59,505 bases of DNA, filler included, from Jimgerdemannia flammicorona (GCA_003990765.1; 2 parts of 2 records of this genome joined end to end with filler, not necessarily neighbours in it); one strand, 5' to 3'; shown: positions 12,944 through 26,888, counted from the first letter of the whole stretch. A program made the numbers and translations. Notes: generated from the sequence alone by a model not told the origin.

Positions 12944-15900
12944 TTTTTTTTTTTTTTTTATAGTCTCTTGGACTGCCCTTTATTACTGCCATCTATAATT
13001 CGAACAATACAATGTCACCCCAAATCCTCAACCAATGCCCCATGGACCCAACCCTCCCACCTTGACCTCTCTCTGCCTGAACATAATCCAATCACCCACT
13101 ACTCAAATCCTCCCACCACTCTTCTGGGAGATACACTGTATCAAACCTCTGCAATACCACCCAGCCCCCACCCTCACCACCAGCTATTCAAAATGTCCAA
13201 TAAAAGCCATTCCCAATGTGCCACCTTGTCCCCAACCCCAACCCACCATCCCTCCTCAAATACATGAATCCAATGTCCAGCCAACTCAACCCATATGGCC
13301 AGAGCCCAACCAAGGATCAGCCATTCATCCCCAACCCCACCCCCCAGTCTCTGGCAGAGCTCTCCCCATCTCCCCCCTTCCCCTCCCTCCAAGGCATACA
13401 GCTCTAACTGGTCCATTATGCATCTCCAAAACTCCTCCAAAATCTCACACTTGCTAAGCCAATATTCAGGCATTTGTACCACTCCTCCCTCCTGACCAAT
13501 GTTGAAACATTCCTCACACTTGAATACTCCACCATCTACCAAATGCCCAGACTGATAGTTCAATATCACATTCCACTGTTGGACTCACCACTACACCACC
13601 CAGAACTTGGGGGGCAGTCACTGTCTCACCTATTTGCTCTAAAGCCAGAGTCCATTCCAATCCCACTTCTCACCAATTCCAACCCTCTGCCAGGCTTCAG
13701 GCCACAGGTCTCCACCCAAGTTCTGCAAACACTCTATACTCTCACCAAGCTGAAAGTCCTCCACTGGAACACCACCCAGTAGAAGCCTGTTCCACTGCCA
13801 CATCTGCAATCCCCAATCCTCCTCGGCTTCATCACCTTGCCACCGAAGTCCAATCTTCTTAGTGCCATCCACCACCTCCCACCAGAAGCCCATAAACTGC
13901 ATCCTCCTGCTCCCATCTATGGTCACCATCACAAGCAGGTCACCAGAGTCACCATGAGGGGAATTCCAAACCTCCCACACTCTCTGCATGAGTGGCACCC
14001 ACTCCCGGCCCCTTAGCTCACTCGCTCTCCTCAACCACCAAGCTCTCAAGCAGTGAAGCTGCTTAGTAAAGTCAACCAAACCCAGCCCACCTCTTTCCAT
14101 GGGCAGTGTGAGCACCTCCCAACCCACCTGGCTTCGCTGCCCTCCCCAGATCCATGACCTTGCCATCTTCAACAGCCCCCTGACCACCCAAGATGGGAAA
14201 TTCAAATGATACCCCACATACCACAGCTTTGGCATCCAATACACATTCAGCACCATCACCCTACCAGCTAGGGACATATGCTGACCACCCCATCACAGCA
14301 GAATATTTCCCCACTCTAGAAGTTATTGGTTCCACCATGCATGAGGAAGAAGAGAACCAAACAACAAGAAGTAGATTCCCAAATAATGTACTGGTTCACC
14401 AGCCAGTACCACTGTCCCAATTACATCACCACTAACAATTCCAGCACCCAGCACCAGAGTCTCACATTTGTGCCAGTTTAGTTTAGCACCAGATCCTCTC
14501 TCATACCATTCCACAGTCCTCTGTAACTCCCCCACATCCATTAAGGAGCCCAGCCTGACCACCATATCATCAGCAAAGGCCCCCATCTTTCAATTAATCC
14601 CTAAAATGTCCAAACCCCCAATATGATGCCAAATCCTATCCAGTAGGGGCTCTAAGGAGAGGGCATACAATATGGGTGACAAGGGGTTCCCTTGTAGCAC
14701 CCCACACCCTAGGGGAAAGATCACCCCCCTGTGGCCATTGACAACCAATGCTGCCTGACTGTCCTCCAAGAGGCTGATCAATGATCCTTGGAACCCCAGG
14801 GAGATACCAATCCATTTCAGTACTCCCTCTAGCCAGATCCTCTGTACTCTATCATAAGCCTTCTCTTGATCCAGAAATACTAAATGGCCATCCACCCCTA
14901 TAGCCCAGGCACCTTCAATCACTCCATATACCCAAGCTGTCCCATCGTGAATCAACTGGCCACCAACAAACCCACACTGCTCCACACCAAGCACCTGCTG
15001 AGCGATTCCTTGCAGCCTCATCACCAAGATCTTTGTCACCAGTTTGTGGTCCATGTCAAGTAGCATGATTGGCTGTCAGTTCTTCTAATCTTCCCACCTC
15101 CCCTTATTCTTATAGAGCAAGGAGACTAGCCCTAGGCACTGGCCCCCAATCCAAGTACCAGACTGAAGAATCTCATCACACATAGCAGTCATTTCCTCTA
15201 GTACCTCGCCCACCCCAGCCATCTTCTTCCAAAAATTCCAGGGAAGTCCATCCTCTCCTAGAGCCATCCCCTTACTCATCGAGGCCACAACCTTGCAAAT
15301 TTCCTCTCCACTCACTGGGTCCCCCAAAGCCCCTAGGCCCATCACAGGGTTTGGGTGCCAATCCCCCAGCTGCCTTTCAATGTCCAAAGCATCTATTCCT
15401 CCTTCCTTCTCACTTCATAGATTTTTCCAACAAGTTCTCAGCAAACTCAGAATCACTGGAGTCCCCACCACTAGCTCACCATTTGCATCCAGAACTCCCT
15501 CCCACCACTGCTTCATTTGTCATATTTGTAACAACTGCGTCAAAAACCTAATAGTCCTCTCCCCCTCCTCAAGCCCCTGCCACCACAGTCGGGCCACTAT
15601 CCCCTGCATTCTCACCTCTTCTTCTCTTCGTAATACTCTTTTAAGCTCCTCCACCTCCTTTCGAATTCTCACAATATGCCAATCAGTCACCTCCCCATCT
15701 TCTAGCACACCTGCCCAACTCCCTATGAGTGCTGCCAGATGCCGCGAGGCCCACAGCACCCTCTGCCATTGCTGGGTATACCTTTCTTTCCCTGCTTCCC
15801 TTCAATACCTCTGAGCATTCGCCTTCAGTCTCCTCCAGCAGTCCCCAATCCCCAGGTCCCATTCCTACTATCTTCTGATATTCCTGATAACCTCCACTTC

Positions 15901-18710
15901 CCAACCCTCCCACAAAGCCCTATCCTCCAACAAGGAAGAATTTAGTTGCCAATATCCAGGCCCCTCCTCACTTCCCCCAAACCTCCTCCCTCCAAGCAGC
16001 CCTCAGTAATCAGACCACGGACACCAAACTACCTCCAGCACCTTCCAGACATCTGCTCCCCAGCACTCCACTATCAAAACCCAGTCAATTGTGGAGCCCA
16101 GCCCTACCGCCCAGTGGGTGTATACCCGCTGATTGTCCCAAAACTGTCTTCCCAAATCCACTAAAGAACTCAACCTCTCTGTCTCCAACCAGTCACCCAA
16201 CCCACCACTTTCACTCTACATGCCTCTCCCTCTATCTGTTCTATCCATCTTCTTATCCCATACCATATTGAAATCACCCCCTATGCAGTCCAACCCAACC
16301 TCTCCCAAGACATTGGCCTCTTTCAACCTGCAAATCCAATCCACTCTCTCCCCTCTCTCAGCTGGGCAGTAACAAGATCCAACTGTCAATGAGCCCCATC
16401 CAGGCCTCTTCCACACTCTCTACACCACCCAAGACTCCCAATGTCCAATGTCCCCAATGTCCCCCATCCCTTTCCAAATGAGAATATCCACTTTTCCCCT
16501 CCATACCACCACCCCCCCCCATTTCTTAGTCCAATCCTGTAAATCCATGTCTATCTCATAATGAATATTCTGTAATAAGAAGAGGTCTGCATCTAGTCCC
16601 TTAAGCCATCTAAATATATACTTCCTCTTAACTGCCCCCCATAACCCATTTACATTCAAGAGAATATCCTAGTTATACTATTCATATTGAAAGAATGTTG
16701 CAATAGAGACCCCAGTCTAGTATTCCATACTCATCTCATCTCCAGTCAGATCCAAATACTATTCAGCTTCAAAGTCACCCTCTGCATTAACCTGAGCATC
16801 TGGTGCCTCCAAGATTTCGTGACATTCCACCCCATCCACTACCTCCATCTCCAACTGGTAGTCCATGCAGACTGCATGCCACTTCTCCAGTCCCTTCCTC
16901 GAGTTCCACAAGTATAATACCCTGTCACTTGCAATTCTTCTAAGTTCCTCTTCTCTCTGATCAACTTGATATTCCACCAACTCCAGGAGAATAGCCAGGA
17001 TCTCGTTCCTCATCTTTCTCAGCACCTCCTCCTCCTGTAGGATCTCCTCCCAATGCCTCTCTTCCATAACCCTGAAATCCTCTCTCCCCAGCTCTTCTGC
17101 CACTATCCCTTCCAGAGTCTTCCACATCCACTTCTCCTCATCCACTGCCTTCGCTGCACCCTGAATGATTTGTCCCCCATCTACCTCAGGGTCCACCAGT
17201 ATACTCCTCCTCACTGACTCATCCCACTTCTCATCTGGCACATCCAGCAGCTCCTCCCCCCCCTCAGCTCCACCCAGGACACTATACTGAGGATATACAC
17301 CTTCGCTCATTTCTGCATCTGCCTCCATATTGCCTTTCCTCCCCTCCTCCACTCCAATCTGAGCCCCACCCCAGGCCCTGTTGCCCCTCTTAGTCTAGGC
17401 ACTCTCCTGCAATCCTACAACCCCCTCCCCTGAGCTTCCACTAGCTCCACCCCCACCCAATCTTGCCAGCAGCTCCTTCTGGATTTTCCTCCACTGCATC
17501 TTCTCCCAGGCCCCCCTCTCCATCTGGACCCTCTTCCCATCCACCTCCCCCACTACTGTCCTGGCCTCAAACTCCTTCCAGGCCAATCTCCTCCTTGCAA
17601 CTGCCCCTTCCAGATCCTCTAGAGCCTCCAACAAGTCTTCCTCCTCCTCCTGAGTCCCCTTCACCCTCATGACCTTGCACTCCACTGGTCCCCACCTCAG
17701 CATCGCTGGCCAGTCCCTCGACTTTCCTGTATTCTGCTTCCCAGCCAGCCTCACCCTGATATCAATGTCACCAGTCCAAAGCTCTGTACCCTCCCAGACC
17801 TTGAACCCAACATCCACAATCTCTCCATATACCTTGATCGCCTCTACAACCAACTCTCTGGTCCTCTCCTTTGACACTGTAGGGAGATCCACCACTATCA
17901 ACTGCACCACTCAGGGGTCCCAGTGTATGCACCTGGCCATAGGGACCACAACTCCACCAACTTGCACCCCTTTTCCAAGACTGCCAGCAAGGTGTCTTTC
18001 TCCTTGAACCCCACCTTGACTCCTTCCTTCCCCTTCAAAAACTTCACCGATGCTGCTCTCTTTGCCTCCTGCACCACCAGCCCCAGAATCATCCTTGCCA
18101 TCACTGCCAAGCCCCAGAAACAAATTGTGACTGCGAATTCTGACCTCAACTTCTTGAGTAACAGGGCTGACACTATGCCAGTCACCCCATCTGCCAGGTC
18201 CCCAGACCTCATGCCCACTCTCTGTTCTGAATATGCTGACCACTATCACATCTGGATTTTTTGCCAGATCCCCAGTCACAGCCCCATCAACCATCACAAC
18301 TCCAGCCCCTACTCTGGCTCCTCCCCTACTATCTGAAACTCTCCTGGACACACCTCCCTGTCCTCCATCATCAGCTGTCAATGCCTTCCCCAGGCCCAGC
18401 CATCCATCTAGACCAGAGGCCATCTTCTCCATTCTGACCTTGTCAGCAAAGGTTGACCTCTCCTCTCCTCTCTGCCTCAGACTGCCCCTCTCTCCACCAC
18501 CAGGGTCTCAGCTAGCCATCAAGGCCCCTGGCATCTCCAAACCATCTCTCCTCCTCCCCACCTGCTGCCAGCCAAAGGCACTGCCACCCCCCTGGCCAGT
18601 ATGCTCACCAGTTTGATCATTGCCATCCATGTCAATAGTCATCGACACCAAAAATATAGTAAAAAGTGTTGTCTGAGTCTTGTGTCACCCAAATGGTACT
18701 GGTGAAAGGT
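12944..18710 (-). mobile_element. Full-length L1/Tx1-like non-LTR retrotransposon (LINE-1), inserted in the A1 RT
   Basis: Poly(A) tail (T run at 12943-12959) and AATAAA. TSD CATTTTCCAAT at 12933-12943 and 18713-18723, with the empty site visible in A2 at ~40010. ORF1 ~18432-16759. ORF2 from 16685 has NVNGL, GGDFN, FADD and a C-terminal CxxC. Confidence 0.93.
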
Positions 18711-19384
18711 GCCATTTTCCAATCTTGTTGCTGAAGACTCTGTTCATCATTCACTGGAAACTGCTGGAGCATTGTACATTCCAAATGGCATTTGCAGGTA
18801 GATATAAGTGGCATCAGGTGTGATGAAGGCTAATTTCTCACTGGCATCTTGAGTGAGACCAATCTGATGGAAGCCTGAGAACAGATCCAAGGTGGTGTAG
18901 TATTTGGCTTTACTTCCAAGAGTGGTAAGGATTTCTTGAATATTTGGCAAGGGCTGTCTATCCTTCTTAGTGATAGTATTGAGCTTCCTGTAGTTGATGC
19001 AGAGTCTTGGTGCAAACTCTCCAGGCTTGCTTCCTTTCTTTGAGGTGAGGACAATGGGTGAAGCCCAGGGGCTGATAGCTTGCCGATGATCCTGGCTTCA
19101 CCCATTTTCTTGAATTCTGCTTGTAGCCACTCTCTGTAGGCAGGTGGTATGGGTCTGGCTTTCTGGTGGATGGGCTTGGTATCACCAGTGTCAACTTCAT
19201 AGTAGTACTTGTATTCTTGATTATAGATATCTCTGAAGTCTGTAGTAAGTACTCCTTCATTCTGGTACAAGATCTTGAGAAGTTGTTCCTCTAGGGGAAT
19301 GTTTTCTCCAATGATATATGTGTGCTTGTTCTGGTCCTTGTCTTTCTTGTGCTCAAGTTCAGTAATCTTGGTAGCAGTATAGGC

Positions 19385-19805
19385 TCCTCTTCCAGTAGAT
19401 CCAAAGCCTTGTTCTCCTTTCTTGATCTTGATGAGTTCAATGGCTTCAATGATCTTGGGCTTCTTGACTTCATGGATCAGCATCTGGCCAATTCTGTCAT
19501 GCTTCTTGACTTCAAAGGGGGTGGTGTGGTTGTGATTTCTGACTATAAGGAAGATCTTGCCAGTATAATCAGGGTTAATTACTCCTCCTTCAACTGAGAT
19601 TTCACTTTTGGCCAGACTGCTTCTGGTCTTGATGATTCCAGCATGGTTTTCTGGTAGCTTGACTCCAATTCCAGTGCCAAGTAGGGTGGTGGTCTGTGGT
19701 TCAAGGGTAGCATCTTGAATGCTGGCAAGATCCATTCCTATAGCTCCTTTAGTCTTGTATCCTGGGATCTTGGCTTTAGGGTAAAACTTCTTGACCTTGA
19801 GGGTG
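19385..19805 (-). pseudogene. Trimeric-type dUTPase domain of A1, between protease and RT
   Basis: MDLAS, KTRSSLA, GGVINPDYTG, DRIGQML, GEQGFGSTG (motifs 1-5). Confidence 0.92.
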
Positions 19806-20167
19806 ATGTCTGATTCTTGTTCCTCCTCATTATCACTGTCAGCCTGAAGCTCTGGGGGCTGGTCATCTTCTTCGGCTTTCCTTTTTGCTTTGGCAGCTTC
19901 TTGCTAATATTTCTGTTGGTGGATTTTCCTGACTTCACTGATACAGAACCAGCAGTCATTCAGGTGTTCAGAGCAGTACATCCTAGTACCATGGGGGCAT
20001 CTTCCTTGAGGGGCATGGCCATCAATGATCTTGTTGTACCACTGCTCATCTGTGAGCTTGAGTGTCTTGTTCTTGTTCTTATTCATCAAGTATATGAAGA
20101 TCTCTGTGTTCTCTTCATCTCCTTCCTCCATGTCTGGTAGAACTCCTTTGTGGACATTGATAGAGAC

Positions 20168-20635
20168 TCATACCTTTCTTCCTCTGTAGTTGATCTGCAT
20201 CTTCTGGATATTAAGGTCAATAATGGCCTTGGTCTTGTGAAGCCATTGGTTGCCAATGAGGATGTTATAGTTGGTGGTACTTGTAACAATCATGTCTACT
20301 GGGATGGTAGCTCCTCCTATCTTGATAGAGACTTCTTGGATTTTGCCAAGGGGGATAGCTTGTGTACCATCTGCTGTAACATAGACCATCTTGGTAGACT
20401 CTTCAATATCCCAGCCTAGGCAGTCAATTGTCTTCTTGCTCATGAGGCATCCTCCAGCACCAGTATCAATGATGGCATCAAAGATACAGTCTTCAATCTG
20501 ACATGGAGTATAGGCTGATGCCTTGTACTGGTCTTCAGATTCTTCACCTGAGTTCTCAGATTCTTCCTGTACATTGTGAGCTTCTACAATCTTGTACTCT
20601 TGATTCTTGGCAGGAGTTGTAAGTTCTACTCTCAA
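20168..20635 (-). pseudogene. A1 aspartic protease
   Basis: AIIDTGAGG...ILIGNQWL. Confidence 0.9.
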
Positions 20636-20736
20636 CTGCTGTCTGAAGGCAGGGACTTCAGCTAGTTGTCCAAAAGTAGCATTGACCTTCTGTTCCTTAA
20701 GGTCCTTATAGATATCATACTGATGGATCTTGGTCT

Positions 20737-21935
20737 TACACAGCTTCTATTCCTTCTTTGCTTTCACTTTCTCCTGAGACTGGAGTAGTGCCTTCAATGA
20801 TTTGGCAGGTAGCTTCATTTAACTCTATGTCTTGATCAATCTCCTCAGGTTGGGTCTTGCTTTAAATAGTGATAGCTGGGGTCTTCTTTAGTCTTCCAAC
20901 TGGCTTGCTGTTGCTCTTCTTGTTATAGAGCTTGGACCAGGTTCTGGTACCTTCAGTAGCAGGGTAGAATTCGAGCTCCTTATAGTATTCTTCATCATCA
21001 GTGTCACCAATCTCCTCAATGACTACTGCATTGATTTGTTCTCTGGTTCTACTAGTATTGCTTGGTTGGGCTTTGTGTCTTGTTTCAGTCATGCAATTCT
21101 TTGCATAGTGGCCTTCTTTTCTACATCTGAAGTATGTGATATTGTATTCTTCTGTAGTAGCTGCAAATCTCTGCACTGGTCTCCTGTTGGTGCTTTGGAC
21201 TTCTCTAACAACATCACCAAGGTGTGCAGTCATCTCGGTGAACTGCTTGGTGAGTTCTTTCACTGGGTTAGCTTTGGCTGTCTTGGGGATAGGTGGGGTT
21301 GGTTGTCTGTTTACAACTATAGCAGATATATTACTAGTTGGTTTTGATGGCTCCATCTTGATGCCAGTTATTTTCTCTATTAAGTGTTCAGCAGGGTGTC
21401 TGGCAGTTCAATATCTCTGTACAAAGACCACTTTCTGATCAAGGGTCAGTACTGCTGGGGTAGACCAGATTGCTAGGACAATTTCAGGGTAAACTCCTTT
21501 GAGAAAGGTTGAATCTGCTATTTATTCCTTAAGGTGGTCATCATAGCCAGCCAAGACAATCTGGTTGCAGATTTAGATATAGAATGAGTTGGAATCTTCA
21601 CTAAGTCTCTGGCAGATAGTATTGAGTTGATCCTTGAGAGCTTGCTTGATCTCTTCAGTATAATATGTTATTCTGAGGAAGGCCTTTATGTTGGCAAGTT
21701 TGGCTGCACCAGCATCAGCAATAGTGGCTACATTGAACTTATCTCTGGTAGGTCCTCTGAGACTGATTAGTAGAAGGGCCAATTGAGCATCCACACCAAG
21801 GGCTCATATGGCAGCAAATTGTTCAAAGTCTTCAATAAAGATCAAGATTGACTCTTTAGTAGTATATCCATAGAATGTAGGGAGATGCATTTCCATCTTG
21901 TCTTGAATTCTTGCAGGGGTGACTCTTGTAGTCAT
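20737..21935 (-). pseudogene. A1 gag
   Basis: ATG at 21935 (MTTRVTPARIQDKMEMHLPTFYG) and a decayed zinc knuckle at ~21095-21135; pol continues in the +1 frame. Confidence 0.75.
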
Positions 21936-21994
21936 AGTAGTTATTGTGGGGGTTGTTCATTTTTCAGCTTGAAAGTGAGGGATTCATCTTGAAT

Positions 21995-22013
21995 CACCAG
22001 CCAATGGACACCA
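21995..22013 (-). promoter_or_regulatory. Primer-binding site of A1
   Basis: TGGTGTCCATTGGCTGGTG 3 nt after the 5' LTR end; equivalent TGGTACCCATTGGCTGGTG in A2 (~44093-44111). Confidence 0.7.
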
Positions 22014-22016
22014 AGT

Positions 22017-23421
22017 TGTCATGTAGTGGTCGCTGAGTCCTTCAAATATACCAGATTCTCTTCAAGATATATCTCTTAGACTAACTCAAGTTTGTTATAA
22101 GCAAGTTCTTATTGGAGTGTGCCTTCCCAAGGTCTTATAATCCTCAAACTTCTTATCTTTAACTGTCTTGTTATCTCTTAGATTGCTTGCAAGAAAGTGT
22201 GTATATTGTACTGAGAAGACTGACTTTATTTCAGAGGAAATAAGAGGGGTATTTATACAAAATATATTTCAATGGTTGCTAAGATATAAAGCTAAATATA
22301 AATTCTAATAACTAAAACTACTAAGTTCCAGAGTCAGCACTGATGGTTGTACAGGTTCAGGATGCTGGTATAATTCAGTTTCACATCAGAATACTGGTGC
22401 TGGAACAATTTCATATCACCTCAGAATACCAGTGCTGGCATTATTTGACATTACATCAAAATACTAGTGCTGGCATTATTCAGTGTAATAAAGAACTTAG
22501 AGAAGAAAGTTCAAGATCATAGGGGCTTCATCATCATCATTATTACTGAAGGAGATAAGATCCACAAATTCATCATTTTTGTATGCTTTGATGTCATGTG
22601 GGATGACATCATCACTGATGACATCATCACTGATGGTGGCGAGAAGGAGGTCTGGGGCTCTCCAGTCTATGAGGTTCTCTTCTACAAAATAGAGAACAAA
22701 TGTGGGGTCTTGGAGAGATCTAACCTAGATGCTTAGACCTTAGAATACTGAGATCAATCCTTGCAGGAATTGATCTGGGTTGTTCTGAAGGATAGGATAT
22801 CAGAAGTCTTTTACTTCATCACTATTGAGGGCGATAGTGGACTGGGCTTCTGTAGCCACCCTGGCTTCTAGTGCATTGATATAGTGAGATAACAGGTCTC
22901 TGAAATCTGAGACTCTAACATACTCCAAGTTGGAGATCGACCATGGTGCATGTCTGAAGATCTGATGGATCTTTTTAGCTGTCCTTGCCTCACATATATC
23001 TATGGGAGTGGCATCTTGTAGCTCTTGAGGGCTGGCCTGTGGAAACTCCCAGCAGAGGAGATTTTCTATTTCATACTCTTGCCACATTTGGAGGCATTCA
23101 GTAGTAATAGTGATCCTTGTTTCCATTTTACAGTAGTAGAGAATAAAGTGATAGGGATCTGCAGTACCCAGGTCAACACTAGGAGTCCTTCTTGAGCAGG
23201 TCCTTATAGCTCTTCTGATGTCTTAGAACATCCTTTCTTTGACTGAGGTACTTTGGTAGTTCCTTGACCTTGAGGTTTGGCAGACAGCAGGCATTTTGTT
23301 TGTAGTAAGTCTTTGAGCTATTTTGGGATTGGTGGGTCTTATTGGTTGCTGCTACTGCAGTTTCTTGATTCTTCTTTTATATTTCTCAAGATACTCATAC
23401 TGTGGTCACAATGACTCACAG
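22017..23421 (-). repeat. 5' LTR of A1 (truncated by LINE-2)
   Basis: Starts TGTCATGTAGTGG and is collinear with 9045-10422. Confidence 0.9.
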
Positions 23422-26400
23422 GGGCCAGGTGGTGGCTATTGGTGAGGACGAGCTGGTGGATGTCCCAGAAGAGGAGTGGAATGAGGATGCCAGTGTAGGT
23501 GCAGATACTACAATGCTGGATGCAGGGTGGCCAGGGACCCCTGGAGGGAAGAAGATTGGGAATCTGCTATGGATGAGCAAGGTGATGGATAACCTTGCAG
23601 CTGAGGTGTTGGGGGAAGTGGATCTGAGAGTCATGCTGGAGGAGCACTGGGCACAGATTCTGTGAGGTGAGGGAGTGGTGGAGGTGCTGAAGATGGAGAT
23701 TCTTACGATACTACTGGAGGAAGAGGGTTATGAGGTGGATGAGGTGAGGAAGGCGGAGCTAGTGGTTGTTGTGGGTGAGCAGGCGGCCTACTGTTGGGCA
23801 GAACGCCATAGTTTGCAGTTCTGGCAGGAGGCCTGTGGGGAGTATCAGGAGGACTTTGAGGAGAAAGAGGATGGAGCAATGGTTGAACTTCTGGAGAGAT
23901 TGGAGGCACAGGGAGCTGAGAAGAAGGAACTGGCTGCAGAACATATCTTGGATTTGGCACAGGAGGACTTGAGTGTGGATTTGTAGAGAAGAGGTTTAAT
24001 CTTTAACAATATTCCTCATGAACAGTACAACTAACATTTTCTCTCTCAATGTGAATAGTCTTCAAGGATCTGGGCAGTGTAGAATATTTTTACATGGCTA
24101 AAGAGATTGGAGGCTGATCTCTTTTTACTGCAGAATGTACAGTGTGTGGATGAGGATGATCAGGTCGAATGGACTAGAGAATGGGGTGGGGCTACCACTT
24201 GGTTTGGAAAGGTGGCAATTCTGATAAAGAAGGGTAGAGGAGATTTGGAGGGGATCTAGAACTAGGAAGATTGATTGGTCTGGGGTGAATGGCACCAGCC
24301 AGGGTAGGAATCAGTAAGGGTGGGCTCATATTACTTCCCAGTGGCGAGGGGAGAGAGAATTGCATGGATTAAGGAGCTACTGGAGGAGGGCATCCTCTTG
24401 GAGGAAGGGGTTGATGTTCTTGGTGGTGATTTTAACATGGTTCGAGATTTGCAGTTGGATAGGACTGATGGAGAGAGAAATGCCAGTGGAAGGAGTGGCA
24501 GTCTAGATACATAGGAGGAGGTGGAAAACCTTAGCTTCTTAGGAAATATGGGCCGAATATGGTGGAGCGACATCAGGGTCTACACGTACTGGGTGAATGG
24601 CTTAGGAATAAGGATTGACTGGATTCTGACAGCTGAATGTTGGGGTGCAGATGTCTGGAAGACTTTGGAGGTGGTGTGGTGCCCATGGTCTGATCACTGG
24701 GGACTGATTGGGCAAGGGCAGTTTGGGGGGAGTGGAGATGGACCCAGACATTGGCATCTTAACTCCTCCCTGCTGGCCAAGAAGGGGTTGTGGGACTCAT
24801 GGGTGGAGGACATACAGGCAAAGATTCCACTTTAGAGGCAGGAGGGTTTATTTGTGGGTATTCATTGGTTGAGATTGAAGGAGGCTGCAAGGGTTTATTG
24901 GGGTGGAGCTGGTAGAGAGACAGGGAGAAGGAGGAGGAGGCGAATACAGTATGCCTCAAATAGGCTGAGGAGATTGCAGTTAGAGTGGGCAGATTTGCTT
25001 GCATCTGATGAGGTAGAGGATTAGAGGTTAGAGAGGGCAAAATTGGAAGTTGTAGAACTGCAACAGGTGTTGTGAGAGGAGGAGGAGACTCATATGTGAG
25101 GAATGGCAGCCAGGCTTAGATGGTAGGGGCTTGTGGAGGGGGAGCAGCCTACTAGGTACTTGTCTAGGCTCCTCAAAGCCAGGCAGGTGAGGCATAGGTG
25201 GGATGGGATCTTGGATGCTGAGGGAGAGTTGGTGCATAGCACACAGCAGATCCTGGGAGTATTGAAGGAGAATTGGTGGGGTCTGTGGAGTGAGGAAGAA
25301 GGGGGTACTGATGCAGAGGCGATTGGTGACACACTGGAGGAGTGGGAGCTGCCACAGGTAGAGGGGCTGACTGACTTGATCTTACCAGTCCAGGAGGAGG
25401 AGATACAAGGTGTCCTGGTAGCGACTAAGCTTGGGATGGCACCAGGAGAGGATGGGTTACCATGGGACTTCTGGAAGAAGATGGTGAAAGTCCCAGAGAT
25501 GCTGGGAGAGATGGTGGCCCTCTGTGACTATGTTCTTCTAAATGGCATGTGGGTTGGTGAGCAGGAATTGGGACTGGTTGCCCTATTGTACAAAGATAAG
25601 GGCCAGCATGAGGATTGGAAGAACTGGAGGCCAATCATGCTTCTGGATATAGATCGGAAGTTGGTGACTAAGGTGATTATTGCAAGTGCAAGGCTACAGA
25701 AGGTTGCTCAACAGGTGCTGGGGGAGGAGCAGCGGGGCTTTGTAGGTGGTAGACTTATCAGAGATGGAACTGCCTGGGTGCATGGCATTATTGAAGGAGC
25801 CTGGGCCTGTGGACTGGATGGGAGACTGGTTTTTTTGGACCAGGAGAAGGCCTACGACCATGTTTAGTGGGTTTGGTTTGGCAAGGTACTGGACAGAATT
25901 GGCATTCCGCCACAGTTTCAGGCCTCTATGTTGAGTTTGTTGAAAGGGAGTAGAGCAGCGCTAATGTGTAATAGTCACAGGGGTTTGGCATTCCCCTTGG
26001 GAAGAGGAGTCCCTCAAGAGGACCCACTGTCCCCTATCCTTTATGCACTCTCCTTGGAACCTTTGATGGACAGGATCTGTAAGAGAGTGACTGGGCTCTC
26101 TGTGTATAACATGGAGTGGAAGGTGGGGGCCTTTGCAGATGATATAGTAGTTGGACTTGGATCAGTAGCAGATGTAGAGGCTCTTCAGGAAACAGTGGAG
26201 TGGTATGAGGCACACTCTGGAGTGAAGCTCAACTGGCATAAGTGTGAGACAATGGTGCTGGGGAATGGACTGGTGGGAGGGGATGTCATTGAAATAATTG
26301 TTTCCACAGGAGAGGTGGTGTGGTACCTAGGTATCTTCCTCTCTGTATATGGATCAGTCCTACCACAGATATGGTGGGAGAGGAGGGTGGACATTTGGGG

Positions 26401-26888
26401 AGAGGCTCTAAAAGGTTGGGGGGGTTGTCACATCTCCCTGGCAGGGAGGGTGGCAATTCTGAATATATACTGGTTCCCCAAGCTGTGGTATGTGGCATAT
26501 CACTTAGACTTTCCCACTTGGGTGGTGAAGAGGCTGATGAAACTGGCTAGGAATTGAATTTGGGCTGATAGAAGGGCCCAGATCAGTTGGGATACCCTTG
26601 TCGAGCCAGTGCTTAGGGGAGGCCTGGGCCTGGTTGATTTCTCTAAGTGTCTACACTGTCTGCAAGCTTGGTGGTTGAGAAGGGCTGTTGATCTACAGAG
26701 TGGAGGTTGGGTGCCATTGATGAAGAAGGTGTGGGAGATGAGAGTCTCTCCCTGGGGGTCCACAGGAGATCTACTCTCTTTGGTGGGTCTGAATGGAAGC
26801 CGACAGCTATGGTATAAGGGCTTCTGGTGGGAAGTGGTCGAGGGGGTACACTGGATAGGCCTATGCTGGCATGGCAATGAGGGGGAGG

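Larger units (their letters stand above)
9045..23421 (-). mobile_element. Ty3/Gypsy LTR retrotransposon family A, copy A1 (degenerate; gag, PR, Cys/His module, dUTPase, RT, RH, IN; no chromodomain)
   Basis: 3' LTR 9045-10538 with an adjacent PPT. 5' LTR from 22017 is cut at ~23421 by a LINE. PBS at ~21995-22013. Motifs: CCHC remnant (FRCRKEGHYAKNC), DTGA, LDLFSGFHQI, FLGLASYYRRF, QGNGQTER, KWKGPF. Many stop codons. Confidence 0.93.
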
